A DNA stretch of 63,980 bases, the filler included, from Octopus bimaculoides (taxonomy: Eukaryota): assembly GCF_001194135.2 (NCBI RefSeq). It is 4 parts of 4 records of this genome, joined end to end, with 100 filler letters (N's around TTAATTAATTAA, not from the genome) between each part and the next. Parts side by side here need not be neighbours in the genome. Positions count along the whole stretch, not along the records: positions 1 to 22,747 come from NC_068999.1; 3 more parts are not named here. The stretch is one strand, 5' to 3'. Below the pieces are notes generated by a model that saw nothing but the letters and a program-made list of their open reading frames with translations, ran no database searches and was not told where the DNA came from. Below are positions 1-12,264 of the stretch, in pieces. The translations under genes and the position numbers were made by a program. Numbering within the stretch: position 1 is the stretch's first letter; each line of letters begins with the position of its first letter.

Positions 1-54
<54 letters not shown>

Positions 55-518
55 TGGCTAATCTGTGGACAGTTTTAGTTATCGGCATCTTAATGCCTTA
101 ATAGTTCCCATGCCGAATTCTCTGTACTCCGCCGCCTTCAACAGGGACACGGCATCGTCGTTAGATCAGCCGACATTTGTACTGGTGTGGCGGCGTAGCA
201 GTTGTTTGACCTCTTCAAGGCTGCGAAGCGCTTCGGCAGCTCTTCAACACTCACCGAAATTTGCCTTCTTACCATATTCCCAGCAACCAACAAACACTTA
301 GGTCCAACGCTATACAGAGAAATTCATCTGACCCTCTTTCCTCCCTTGCTCAACAGCCATTAACCTTCGCGTCCACACACCAGGTATTTCTACCGTCTGC
401 TTTTCTCCCAAAGTCTTTGAGACCAACACCTCAGATTACTTCACAGTCAAGTCAGGCCATGTACGGGGGCATGCCCCGCCGCAACGCGTCCCTGCTTCCA
501 CCATTGATGTGAAGACAC

Positions 519-780
519 GTGACTTAGTGGCCGGGGATACTCGGCTCACGATCGTGAGGCCGCGAGTTCGATTCTCGGCAGGGCGTTGTGTCCTTCAGCA
601 AGGTGCCCCAGTTTACTCAGCTGGCAAAAATGTGCTGTACCTGTATTTCAAAAGGCCAGCCTTGTGTTACACTGAATCTCTTTGAGAACTGCATTATGGG
701 TACGCGTGTCTATAGAGAGCAGGCTGTTCCGTTGATCGGATCAACTGGAACCCCTATTGTTGTAACCGACAGTGTACCAG
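519..780 (+). mobile_element. tRNA-derived SINE, family A variant
   Basis: A/B boxes (GAGTTCGATTC), with a 3' end shared with the 6051 copy. Confidence 0.75.
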
Positions 781-925
781 TTTTTTTCTTTTTTTTTTTT
801 TTTTTTGCTTTTTTCTTCTTGCCATTTATCGGAAATTGCTCGGATCGTCAGAGCGGTGTTCCAATCAGTCTCTGTCTCTCTACAAGATACTTCCTCATCT
901 TCCATGACCATGTAGCGTGTGGGTG

Positions 926-2040
926 ACCAACACAAGCCGTCACCTCAACCGGATCCTTAGAGAAAAGAACACGATACACAGGATCCAACTCGGAAAATTG
1001 AGCAACATTCCCAAACAGTCTGAGCCTGTAACAACTCCAAATACCTCGACTTCACTGTCACATACCTCGAACCCTCTCTTCCCAGCCCCTCCAATACACA
1101 TCCCTGACACCAACCAGGCATCCTTCTCCAGTTTCTTCTCCCTCCCTGCATTCTCTCAGCTTCCTCTCTCGATGGATGTCAAAACTCCCTACATTGTCAT
1201 CTTTCATTACATAACTCTCATAACCCTAAAATTCTTCCTTCTCCATGGAACTACTCTGAAACCCAACACCCCTTACTCTCCTTTACCCCACTAAAATTGT
1301 CTACTCCCTTAACTGCTTCTGCTTTTCTAGGGACATCAACAAGCAATCAATGGTGTGTCCATGTGTACCACCAAGACGAACCTCACTTATGCTATCCCAT
1401 TTTTAGATACGCTACCTATGCCGCATTTGTAACTGAGACTATTTCACATAGCACAAACATCCGAATCAACTATTCTGCTACTCGTCGTCGCACCCGTGTT
1501 ATTGGTTGAACCTTCACCCTTCTGTCTCATATCCGTCTCACAACGAACAACAATCCTTTTTTCCACATCTCGCACCCAATCGACTTACCTCCTCTATTCT
1601 AACTCCACCACTTCCCATATTTTCCTTGAGCCCCATCTCGCTTCCTTCAGACGGAACCCCAATCTGTGTGATCTTCTAGTCCATAGATTTCTTATCCTTT
1701 TCCGCATGACTGTATTTCCACCTGTTCTTATTACGACACTTGTCCTTTCATCTAAAACAACACCAGCATACATTGGCCTAATTCCTATTTCTTTCTCTTT
1801 GACCGGTTCACTAATGCTATTAAGAACATTACTTACTTTTTAGTTCATTGTATAATATAGGAAATGGTCAGGGATTGCCAGATCGTTTCAGAGAAAACGT
1901 TTTAGACATCTAACGCAACACCAGGTCACTCCGACCTGTAACCTTCCATTGAAATTCTCCTGGTCACACTCATTTGCTTTTCAATGTCTGCCGTGTGGCT
2001 TTATGCAACGGAACACCTGCCTGACGGTTGCACTGTGAGC
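926..2040 (+). mobile_element. Highly decayed Penelope-like retroelement (RT and GIY-YIG remnants)
   Basis: Frameshifted remnants: LSMDVKTPY, QAINGVSM, LEPHLASFRRNPNLCDLLVH, YNIGNGQGLPDRFRENVLDI..NSPGH. Confidence 0.75.
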
Positions 2041-2566
2041 AATCATTGATTTCTTTTCTTTTTTCGATTAAAACCTTCTACAGTTGAGATTAACGGAGTT
2101 GACTTTTCACTAGCATCGCTGCCTTCTCCCTTCACAGCCCACAACATTGATAAACTACCACTTGTGCAGACACGCGCGCGCGCACGCACACACATCACAC
2201 ACATAAACACACACACACCACACACTTACACACATTATCCATCTACCATCCACATATACTCTTTACGCCTTCTTCACAAAAGACGCGTTAACACATTTTA
2301 CCGTCCTCTTCTGTTCTCCACAACACGCATTCACTCTTTCTCTGATGCATGTACAAGATACTGCACAAACACTCACACACACACTCACACACACACAAAC
2401 ACACACATAATATGCATCGCACTCATTCAACCCACCCAGCCTAATAGTCATAGATTGCGTAACGAGTGTAAATAACACAGTTCTATATTTCAGAGATGAG
2501 GAATTATGTACATTATTTACATTATTTACATTTGACGGATATTTGTCCTCATCTTGTTTGTTGTTA

Positions 2567-2610
2567 ACACAACGTTTCGGCTGATATACCCTCCAGCCGT
2601 CATCAGGTGT
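2567..2610 (-). ncRNA. Minimal type I hammerhead ribozyme motif, intact core (PLE terminal-repeat type)
   Basis: Minus strand reads ACAC-CUGAUGA-C-GGCUG(gagggUaUaU)CAGCC-GAAAC-GUU^GUGU. Helix I is 4 bp, helix II 5 bp, and helix III is the loopless palindrome ACGU. Confidence 0.85.
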
Positions 2611-2694
2611 CTTGGAGAAATTTGGAACTTGGGTTCTCATTCCTAAGGTATTTTTCGATGTTATTATCATTATTATTATTATTATTATTATTCA

Positions 2695-2760
2695 CTGTCT
2701 GGAATCGAACTCGGAATCTTAAAGTTAGTAGCCCGCGCTCTTAACCACTACGCCATATGT
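2695..2760 (-). mobile_element. tRNA-like SINE head (not a functional tRNA)
   Basis: TGGCGTAGTGGTTAAG..GAGTTCGATTCC boxes, but no intact acceptor stem; followed by an (AAT)n tail. Confidence 0.6.
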
Positions 2761-4112
2761 AGCATGCTATAGTAGAAGACACTTGCCCAAGGTGCCACGT
2801 AGTAGGACTGAACCCGGAATGTTGTTGCGAAGAAAGCTTCTTACCGCACAGCCACGTCCATATACACACACACACATCCACAAAGCCTCGTTCTCACAGG
2901 CACGCACAAGTACTTTACGCTAAAGAGGACACATGTATACACATACAGACAGACAATACACTCATATAAACAAAAAGAGCCACAACTATTCACACACACA
3001 CACGCACGCNNNNNNNNNNNNNNNNNNNNNNNNNNNNNNNNNNNNNNNNNNNNNNNNNNNNNNNNNNNNNNNNNNNNNNNNNNNNNNNNNNNNNNNNNNN
3101 NNNNNNNNNNNNNNNNNNNNNNNNNNNNNNNNNNNNNNNNNNNNNNNNNNNNNNNNNNNNNNNNNNNNNNNNNNNNNNNNNNNNNNNNNNNNNNNNNNNN
3201 NNNNNNNNNNNNNNNNNNNNNNNNNNNNNNNNNNNNNNNNNNNNNNNNNNNNNNNNNNNNNNNNNNNNNNNNNNNNNNNNNNNNNNNNNNNNNNNNNNNN
3301 NNNNNNNNNNNNNNNNNNNNNNNNNNNNNNNNNNNNNNNNNNNNNNNNNNNNNNNNNNNNNNNNNNNNNNNNNNNNNNNNNNNNNNNNNNNNNNNNNNNN
3401 NNNNNNNNNNNNNNNNNNNNNNNNNNNNNNNNNNNNNNNNNNNNNNNNNNNNNNNNNNNNNNNNNNNNNNNNNNNNNNNNNNNNNNNNNNNNNNNNNNNN
3501 NNNNNNNNNNNNNNNNNNNNNNNNNNNNNNNNNNNNNNNNNNNNNNNNNNNNNNNNNNNNNNNNNNNNNNNNNNNNNNNNNNNNNNNNNNNNNNNNNNNN
3601 NNNNNNNNNNNNNNNNNNNNNNNNNNNNNNNNNNNNNNNNNNNNNNNNNNNNNNNNNNNNNNNNNNNNNNNNNNNNNNNNNNNNNNNNNNNNNNNNNNNN
3701 NNNNNNNNNNNNNNNNNNNNNNNNATATATATATATATATATACATACACATATGCACAGACGCGCACTGACGAACACATACACACACACACATCCACAA
3801 AGCCTCGTTCTCACAGGCACGCACAAGTACTTTACGCTAAAGAGGACACATGTATACACATACAGACAGACAATACACTCATATAAACAAAAAGAGCCAC
3901 AACTATTCACACACACACACGCACGCACACACACATACACAAAGATGTAAAAGCATGCACACACATCGACAGATACGTATACACACACACATTTACACCC
4001 AACTATGTACCCCCTTTTGTTATTTACTGAACGGGTGTCATCCTGACAGCAATTTACAGATGAAGAAGAGAAAATATAGAAATGAGGAGGGGGTGAAGAG
4101 TGAGGTGGGAAG

Positions 4113-4148
<36 letters not shown>

Positions 4149-4736
4149 TACTTTATATATTTATCTATGGAAACAATTACATGATTGTGTGTGTCTATGA
4201 GCGAATGTCTCCCTCTGTGCATGTGTGTGTTTGTGTATGTGTGTGTGTGAGTGTGTGTGTAGAGGGGTTGCTATGTGTTGCATACATACATACATACATA
4301 CATACATGCATACATACATACATACATACATACATACCTACATACACCATATAATATATACACACATATGTCCATGTATTCATATATGTATATATATATT
4401 ATGTTAATGTGTGTGTGTGTGCGTACACTCATCCACACACAGACACACACACATATGTCTGTGTATGCATATGTGTATGCGTGTGTGTGTATGTGTGTGT
4501 GCGTAATAGTGTTAGATGTCAGGTATGCATTATAATTGGCGAATAGCTCTATGTAATTTACTTAAAACCTGGAATTCATATGAAATATTTCTGTAAATAA
4601 TTAACGAGCGTAATGAACCACTAATGATATCTCAACATAGGATTAAAACTCACCTACGAAGATATTATATACCGTCAAGCTGTTTATATCTGCTTATTAC
4701 ATATAATGTTGGCTAAAATCTATAGATATATTCTGG

Positions 4737-4900
4737 GAGAATATACAAATAATAACAACAGACGAGGACAGGTGGTGTAAATAACAAAAGTATATATTAG
4801 TATGACGCTCGGGAATACGGAAAGTCTTTGACGTTTCGAGCTACGCTCTTCAACAGAAAGAATACGGAGACAAGGAGAAAAACACGGAGAAAAAAAATTG
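4737..4900 (-). mobile_element. Second copy of the HHR-bearing terminal repeat family
   Basis: Direct alignment by eye with 33297-33463. Confidence 0.7.
4825..4861 (-). ncRNA. Hammerhead-like motif with A6U core change, copy 1
   Basis: Minus strand reads UCUUU-CUGUUGA-A-GAGC(gua)GCUC-GAAAC-GUC^AAAGA. Confidence 0.65.
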
Positions 4901-5444
4901 GGAGAAAAAAAATTGATATATTCTCTTGTATATGACAACATAATTGTATATACTGGCCGAAGCGACTTCATGTTGGAAGCAGGGCCACGTTAGGTTTTTT
5001 TTAATATTTCATCTTATACATAGGTAGTGTGTATGATTATTTTTTTCTCAGGCCACTGAGACTAGTTGGGGAAGTTATCCTCAAAGCAGGTACTGGATTT
5101 GAATGCTTCCTGATGAGTGAACTGTGCTAAAGACATCCAAGGATGGCTTAAGAATCTATAGAGTCATACGACCATCCAACAGCTGGGAGTAAGCAGATAC
5201 TAGCCTTTGTTCAGACATCTCTCTTGGAGAAGGAAAACTTTGATGTAACACCTGCGGCTTCACTTGCATTCTATGATGTAGACTAGTTCATTTTTTGTTA
5301 GGCAAGTGCACATGTTTAAAAGGGTGTAGGACAAAACCCCACCAAGGACAAAACCCCTAGAAAAAAATACAGGAAAAACGTCCTGAGGACAAAAAAAAAG
5401 GCAATTTTTAAATCACAATTTATATTATCATTTGTATTTTATGA

Positions 5445-5625
5445 ACACTTTTCTAAGGCGTGAAACATTTGGGGGAGGGGCAGTCGATTAGTACTGGTGC
5501 TTAATTTATCGATCCCGAAAGGATGAAAAGCAAAGTCGACCTCGGCGGAATTTGAACTGAAAACGTAAAGACAGACGAAATACGGTAAGCATTTCGCCCG
5601 GCGTGCTAACGTTTCTGAGCCTGAC
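5445..5625 (-). mobile_element. SINE family B
   Basis: Reverse complement of the family-B body. Confidence 0.8.
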
Positions 5626-6050
5626 AATGACTTATGAGTAAATTTGGTAGACGGAAACTGTGTGGAAGCCTGTCATATGCGTGTATGTGTGCCTGTCACT
5701 CTCACTATTCTACAACCGGTGTTGGTTTGTTTACGCCACCTTGACGATAAAATAAGTACAAGGCTTAAAAACAAGAACTGCAGTGGGTTTAGACAGTGCC
5801 CCTGCATGGCTGCAGTCCAGTGACTGAAACAAGTAAAAGATAAAAGTTAGAAGATATCGTTTAGACTCAACAGTCATTAATCTGCTAATTTATAATCACT
5901 ATCCTTAATTAGATTAGCAGACAAGGGGCTTCCACATGCTAGAAATAGTTGTCAATCCATTTTTTTTTCAACCACACCCTATCGTTAAAAATAAAGTGAT
6001 GAAGGAAGAACGCTTTGGTCTATGTATATCGTAGATATACAAAAGGTGGA

Positions 6051-6442
6051 GTGGAGGCGCAATGGTCCAGTGGTTAGGGCAGTGGACTCGCGGTCCTAGG
6101 ATCCTAGGATCGCAGTTTCGATTGCCAGACCGGGCGTTGTGAGTGTTTATTGAGCGAAAACACCTAAAGCTCCACGAAGCTCCGGCAGAGGGGTTGTGGT
6201 GCGAACCCTGCTGTACTCTTCCACCACAACTTTCTCTCACTCTTTCTTCTTGTTTCCGTTGTACCAGTAATTCAAAGGGTCAGCCTTGTCACACTCTGTG
6301 TCACGCTGAAGATCCCCGAGAACTACGTTAAGGGTACACGTGTCTGTGGAGTGCTCAGCCACTTGCACGTTAGTTTCACATGCAAACTGTTCCGTTGATT
6401 GGAGCAGCTGGAACCCTCGTCGTCGTAACCGACGGAGTGCCA
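6051..6442 (+). mobile_element. tRNA-derived SINE, family A, near full length
   Basis: A box TGGTCCAGTGG and B box GTTTCGATTGCC. The body is shared with 42625-42978, 519-780 and 35265-35380. Confidence 0.85.
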
Positions 6443-6906
6443 ACAGTGACAAAAGGTGGGATGGTCACGACTGTGATGACTTTGATGGATAAGTCAACTC
6501 CAACAGAGTTGATATGGAACAAAACATCAATAACAACAACTGCCATTGAAGGTACATATTTCAAAAGACCACTAGGACCAAAAACAACACCCAAAAAACA
6601 AACAACAAAGACAGTAAAAAGAAGACTGGATTAATAGGATTGGCAAGAAAGGGAAGTGAAAACGAAAAAAGAAAATGTTTAAAGATACAATAAAATAAGT
6701 GTGAAATATGTCAAATAGGGTTTTAAAAAGGCGTAGCTTATATTCTAGCCTCATCACCCCTTTATCCTTCCTGAAGATGAAGAGACGCTATCAACAGCCG
6801 ATGAAAAACACAGCTGCTGTTTTGGTAGGGCCGAGGAACACAGACGAGCACGTACGCAAAAGACACTCTGAAACGCACACATACGTAGTAGATACAATAA
6901 TATATC

Positions 6907-6937
<31 letters not shown>

Positions 6938-7851
6938 ATATGTATGTATGTATGTATGTATATGTTTATATGTATGTGCACAGACCTTCATAGACTGACA
7001 ATATTTTTACCGTTTTGCTCAGCAAGAGATAAGAATATCCAGTGACTTTAGTGTTGACGGTGCGGCTTCTGTGAAGGAACTNNNNNNNNNNNNNNNNNNN
7101 NNNNNNNNNNNNNNNNNNNNNNNNNNNNNNNNNNNNNNNNNNNNNNNNNNNNNNNNNNNNNNNNNNNNNNNNNNNNNNNNNNNNNNNNNNNNNNNNNNNN
7201 NNNNNNNNNNNNNNNNNNNNNNNNNNNNNNNNNNNNNNNNNNNNNNNNNNNNNNNNNNNNNNNNNNNNNNNNNNNNNNNNNNNNNNNNNNNNNNNNNNNN
7301 NNNNNNNNNNNNNNNNNNNNNNNNNNNNNNNNNNNNNNNNNNNNNNNNNNNNNNNNNNNNNNNNNNNNNNNNNNNNNNNNNNNNNNNNNNNNNNNNNNNN
7401 NNNNNNNNNNNNNNNNNNNNNNNNNNNNNNNNNNNNNNNNNNNNNNNNNNNNNNNNNNNNNNNNNNNNNNNNNNNNNNNNNNNNNNNNNNNNNNNNNNNN
7501 NNNNNNNNNNNNNNNNNNNNNNNNNNNNNNNNNNNNNNNNNNNNNNNNNNNNNNNNNNNNNNNNNNNNNNNNNNNNNNNNNNNNNNNNNNNNNNNNNNNN
7601 NNNNNNNNNNNNNNNNNNNNNNNNNNNNNNNNNNNNNNNNNNNNNNNNNNNNNNNNNNNNNNNNNNNNNNNNNNNNNNNNNNNNNNNNNNNNNNNNNNNN
7701 NNNNNNNNNNNNNNNNNNNNNNNNNNNNNNNNNNNNNNNNNNNNNNNNNNNNNNNNNNNNNNNNNNNNNNNNNNNNNNNNNNNNNNNNNNNNNNNNNNNN
7801 NNNNNNNNNNNNNNNNNNNNNNNNNNNNNNNNNNNNNNNNNNNNNNNNNNN

Positions 7852-7934
<83 letters not shown>

Positions 7935-7979
7935 ATGTATGTATGTATGTATGTATGTATAGCAAAATAATTGAGATTC

Positions 7980-8175
7980 AATATATATATAAAACTGAGA
8001 ATGTGTGTCTGTCTGTGTGTCTGTATGTATGCATCAGTAAAACTCCGATTACATTCAAATTTTACTCACGGCGTGTCACGGACCAAAATAATTTTAAACT
8101 TCTTGCCTAATGCAAGTCCGGAGCAATCTCTTAGACTGTTTCGGTATTATTGTAATGTGATACAATAGTTTCGCT
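7980..8175 (+). mobile_element. Dispersed repeat, possibly a non-autonomous Helitron 5' region (related copy ~22885-23105)
   Basis: Shared CTGTCTGTGTGTCTGTATG..CTTGCCTA..TTTCGGTATTA..TTGTAATGTGATA. The Helitron call rests only on the (TA)n-AAAA-CTGT-microsatellite start. Confidence 0.4.
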
Positions 8176-8185
8176 TTTATATTGT

Positions 8186-8576
8186 GATACTTTTTGGTTA
8201 TCTCAGTCCCATTAAAAAATTGGGTTATCTCACCAGTTTTATGAAAAATATCGGTACTTTTGGTTATCTCCTCAACTAAAAAAAATTGTTTAACTCTCAA
8301 TAAACAAAGAAAAAAATGAAAAGGAAATTAATAAACATGAAAACAGAAAGAAAAAATAAATCGGAAAACTGAAAAGATTGAATTTATTAACATTTTTATA
8401 ACAAGTCATACCATGCTCCCTGAGCAAGCCAAACGTCAGTAATGTGGTGAATCAAAAGGATCCAAACCTTTTTAAGCCAATCCCTTGTCGCCACATAAAC
8501 TCAACTTTTTAGTGGAGAGATAACCCAATTTTTTAATGGCAATTTTTTAATGGGGGTGAGATAACCAAAAAGTACC
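8186..8576. mobile_element. MITE with ~45-55-bp TIRs and 8-bp TSD TATATTGT (Merlin-like, GGTAC terminus)
   Basis: Left end GATACTTTTTGGTTATCTC..CCATTAAAAAATTGGGTTATCTC is inverted at 8517-8576. TATATTGT occurs at 8178-8185 and 8577-8584. Confidence 0.8.
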
Positions 8577-8698
8577 TATATTGTTTCACATTTAATGGTT
8601 TCATTTTTGATAGTTTAAAAGTTTCACTTTTAATAGTTTCACTATGCATATATGTATATGTATGTATATATATGTGTATGTATATATATATGTGTATG

Positions 8699-8730
<32 letters not shown>

Positions 8731-8774
8731 CATGTATATGTACATATATATATATACATATATATATATGCTTC

Positions 8775-8990
8775 GTTTTCAGAACCAGCAATTACGTATC
8801 CGATACGAAGCTTAGGAAAAACTTACTATTGAATACTGTTCCCCTATCTGGGACGGTTCTGCCGCTGCATACCATTACACCTACAGACATCACAGAAGCC
8901 ATCGAGGAAATTCCAGTCGACTGGCAAGCATGAAGTCGCACGTTGACACACTCCAGCTTCCTATCGTTTTATATAATGTGTCCAACCACT
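8775..8990 (+). mobile_element. CR1/L2-type LINE RT C-terminal fragment
   Basis: [15 protein letters not shown] resembles the RP.LEYCS.IW thumb motif; the flanks are frameshifted. Confidence 0.5.
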
Positions 8991-10589
8991 CCTGGCTCTG
9001 ACGACGTGTGATAGAAATGATGACAATAACAACAACAGTAACAACAGCATTATAAACACCAACAGCAATGCAGACAGCGACAGCAATACAAACAACTAAA
9101 AACAAAAAAAAATAATAAAGCTAAAGACACTACAATGGCAATAACATCAACAGCAGCAATACAAAAATCATCGGCGACGACGACGACGGCAATAATAGTA
9201 ATAACAAAGGAGGAGGAGGAGGAGGAGGAGGAGGATGGTGGTGGTGATGATGATAGAAACCATAGGAGCAATGACATCAACAACGAAGATGATAACGATA
9301 GCATCAACAACATAAACAACAACACCAATAACAAAAACTAATAAAAACACAAATGACGTTAGCAACAACATCATCAGCATCATCGTCAGCAACAACAACT
9401 GTTCAAGCAACACAAACAACAATACGAACAACAGTGACAACAACATGAAGAACAACAGCGTCAGCCACATGACCTAATAACAACAGCACAATAGACATCA
9501 TCAGCAACATGAATCACATGCACAACAAGCACCTATCAAATGCTACATGAAACAGGTGATGGAGTAAATAAAAAAAATAAAAAAAGCCGTCGGTTTTAGG
9601 TCTCTCAAAAAAACACGAAAAATGACTTTTTTTCTGTCCTCAATGAAGCCATTATTTTTATGATACACAAAGGGCGCTTTATAGTTTTATTTATTTAGTG
9701 TAATTTGTTTTTTTAAGAAAGAGGACCTTTTTAACGAAAGAAATGGGGTTAGATGGAGAAAAGGATAATACTGAGTGAAAGGGCTGGCTTTTATCGGATA
9801 AAAGGGTTCGTTTTGTTTTTGTTCGTTTTTTCTTCTTTTTTTTTTTTTTGTTGTGGTTTTTCTTTGAGGTTTTGTTTTTCTTCTTCGGTTTGAGGGAACT
9901 AGTTTCGTTTCGAGGAAAGTGGTTAACAGAGGTAAAGTGTTATTTAAGAGAAAGGTATTTTGTTGTGAGAAGTAGAATTAAATTTGAGGGCGAAGAGATT
10001 AGATGCAGGTAAAATATTTGCATTGATTGGAGGGCCTTTCTTTGAGAAAATATAACGAGCCTACTTAAAACTATATTGCAGGATTTATCTCGAAAGAAAA
10101 GTGTTGAGTTCNNNNNNNNNNNNNNNNNNNNNNNNNNNNNNNNNNNNNNNNNNNNNNNNNNNNNNNNNNNNNNNNNNNNNNNNNNNNNNNNNNNNNNNNN
10201 NNNNNNNNNNNNNNNNNNNNNNNNNNNNNNNNNNNNNNNNNNNNNNNNNNNNNNNNNNNNNNNNNNNNNNNNNNNNNNNNNNNNNNNNNNNNNNNNNNNN
10301 NNNNNNNNNNNNNNNNNNNNNNNNNNNNNNNNNNNNNNNNNNNNNNNNNNNNNNNNNNNNNNNNNNNNNNNNNNNNNNNNNNNNNNNNNNNNNNNNNNNN
10401 NNNNNNNNNNNNNNNNNNNNNNNNNNNNNNNNNNNNNNNNNNNNNNNNNNNNCCTAAAACATATTTGACGTCACATGGTGTCACGTGATGACGGGGTGTC
10501 TTAGATCCAAAGAGATGAATTCAATATCTCATGCGACCATCATTAGCGTTGATTACCGCCAGGCATCTTCTGTACATTCAATGCACCAA

Positions 10590-10635
10590 AGGATTGACGA
10601 AGGCCATGGGGATAGGAGGCCAAACTATGTCTCCT
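10590..10635 (+). ncRNA. Decayed hammerhead-like motif
   Basis: Reads AGGA-UUGACGA-A-GGCC(auggggauagga)GGCC-AAAC(uau)GUC^UCCU. All three helices are present, but the core has C3U and lacks G12. Confidence 0.45.
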
Positions 10636-10724
10636 CCCCTCGAAATTACTGGCCTTGTGCCGAAATTACAAAGAAAAAAATGAAAGAAGACAATTTGATA
10701 GAAGATAAAGATGGCGGATTAGAA

Positions 10725-11085
10725 TAATCGTTAAAGCGTCGGAACAAAAGCTTAGCGGCATTTCGTCCGCATCTTAACGTTCTGAGTTCAAATTACACCG
10801 AGGTCAACTTTACCTTTCATCTTTTCGGGGTCGATAAAATAAAGTAGCAGTCAAGTACTGGAGTCGATGTAATCGACTACCACCCTTCCCTCAAAACAAG
10901 TTCCCTTCAGCCTAAATTTAAAACTATTATTCGGTGTCCTGGCGCAATCGCTCGAGCGTCGGACAAAAAATATTACGGCATTTAGAGACGGTTCTTTACG
11001 CCCCGAGTTCACATCTCGGCGAGATCAATTTTACCTTTCATCCTTCCGCAGTTGACAAAATAAAGTATTAATTAAGTACTGGAAG
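10725..11085 (+). mobile_element. Two tandem family-B SINE copies
   Basis: B-box plus CTTTTACCTTTCAT body occurs twice. Confidence 0.75.
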
Positions 11086-11558
11086 AAACAGAACGTGAAA
11101 GTTGGAGAAAGGGGGCTTAGTCAATTTAATCAACGAATCTGCACACACCCTAACTTTCAGGTCCTGTTAGAAACAGTTATTATATATACATTGTATGTCT
11201 TTATCTGTTATTACATTTTTCATTGTCTTCATGTCACCTCTCTCTCTATCTCTATCTCTCTTCTTTTCCTTTTCTCTATCTCTTCCCCCTCTCTTTTTCT
11301 CTCTCTCTCACACATACATACACACATGTATGGACTATTCGAAGCTTACTAACTGCCTTCACCCAGACCCTTGGATCTTACACTTACATAATGACCCTTT
11401 AAGAGAATCAACCAACCAGAACGATAAGCTTGACCACCGGAAAAACAAGACGTCACCAGTACTTTCACGAATCAAAATTCAGATTCGCTCGCGGAAAAAT
11501 TATTAATACACCAGATTCCCACGGAAACTGAAAGAAGCTCGTCGTATACATGTATCTA

Positions 11559-11601
<43 letters not shown>

Positions 11602-12126
11602 NNNNNNNNNNNNNNNNNNNNNNNNNNNNNNNNNNNNNNNNNNNNNNNNNNNNNNNNNNNNNNNNNNNNNCCCCCACCATCGCTTGACATGTCCTGGGGT
11701 CGATTCGCTCGACTAAAGGCGGTGCTCCAGCATGGCCGCAGTCAAATGACTGGAACAAGTAAAAGAGTATATATATACATGTGTGTGCGTGTGTGTATGT
11801 GTGCGCGTGTGCGCATGTGTGTGTATGTGCGCATGTGTGTGTGCGTGCGTTGCGTGCGTGCGTGCATGTATGTGTGCGTATAAAGGACTCATTGGTTGGA
11901 ACAAGGAAGACAGAGATATCATTTATGATACACTTCATTCTTTTACTCTTTTACTCATTTACGAGTTCCGGTCTGAATAGTAAACATTCTAGCAATTTAT
12001 CGTAACATAGAAACATTTCTCCTGTCCACATTCCATCTCCCGCGTAAGGAAAATAGGAGCATTAACCCAGTTATGGACGGACACACACTCACACACACAC
12101 ACACACACATACACATATATATATAT

Positions 12127-12173
<47 letters not shown>

Positions 12174-12227
12174 NNNNNNNNNNNNNNNNATATATTGGCT
12201 AAACTGGCAATATGACCATCCCCAAGT

Positions 12228-12264
<37 letters not shown>

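Noticed and set aside
60-510. GC-richer minus-strand segment faintly like a LINE ORF1 esterase (NVG*SND..AEYREFG)
   Set aside because: Similarity is too weak and interrupted by stops.
2695-2760. tRNA gene
   Set aside because: Only the A/B boxes are retained, with no acceptor stem; it is a SINE head.
2841-3988. Long ORFs spanning N runs (here and at every other gap)
   Set aside because: They consist of X plus dinucleotide-repeat translations (HT, CV, YI) and are artefacts.
5105-5150. CTGATGAG hammerhead-like start
   Set aside because: No GAAA and no helix I. The surrounding segment may be an RTE-type 5' region (GGAGAAGGAAAACT), but I cannot support that further.
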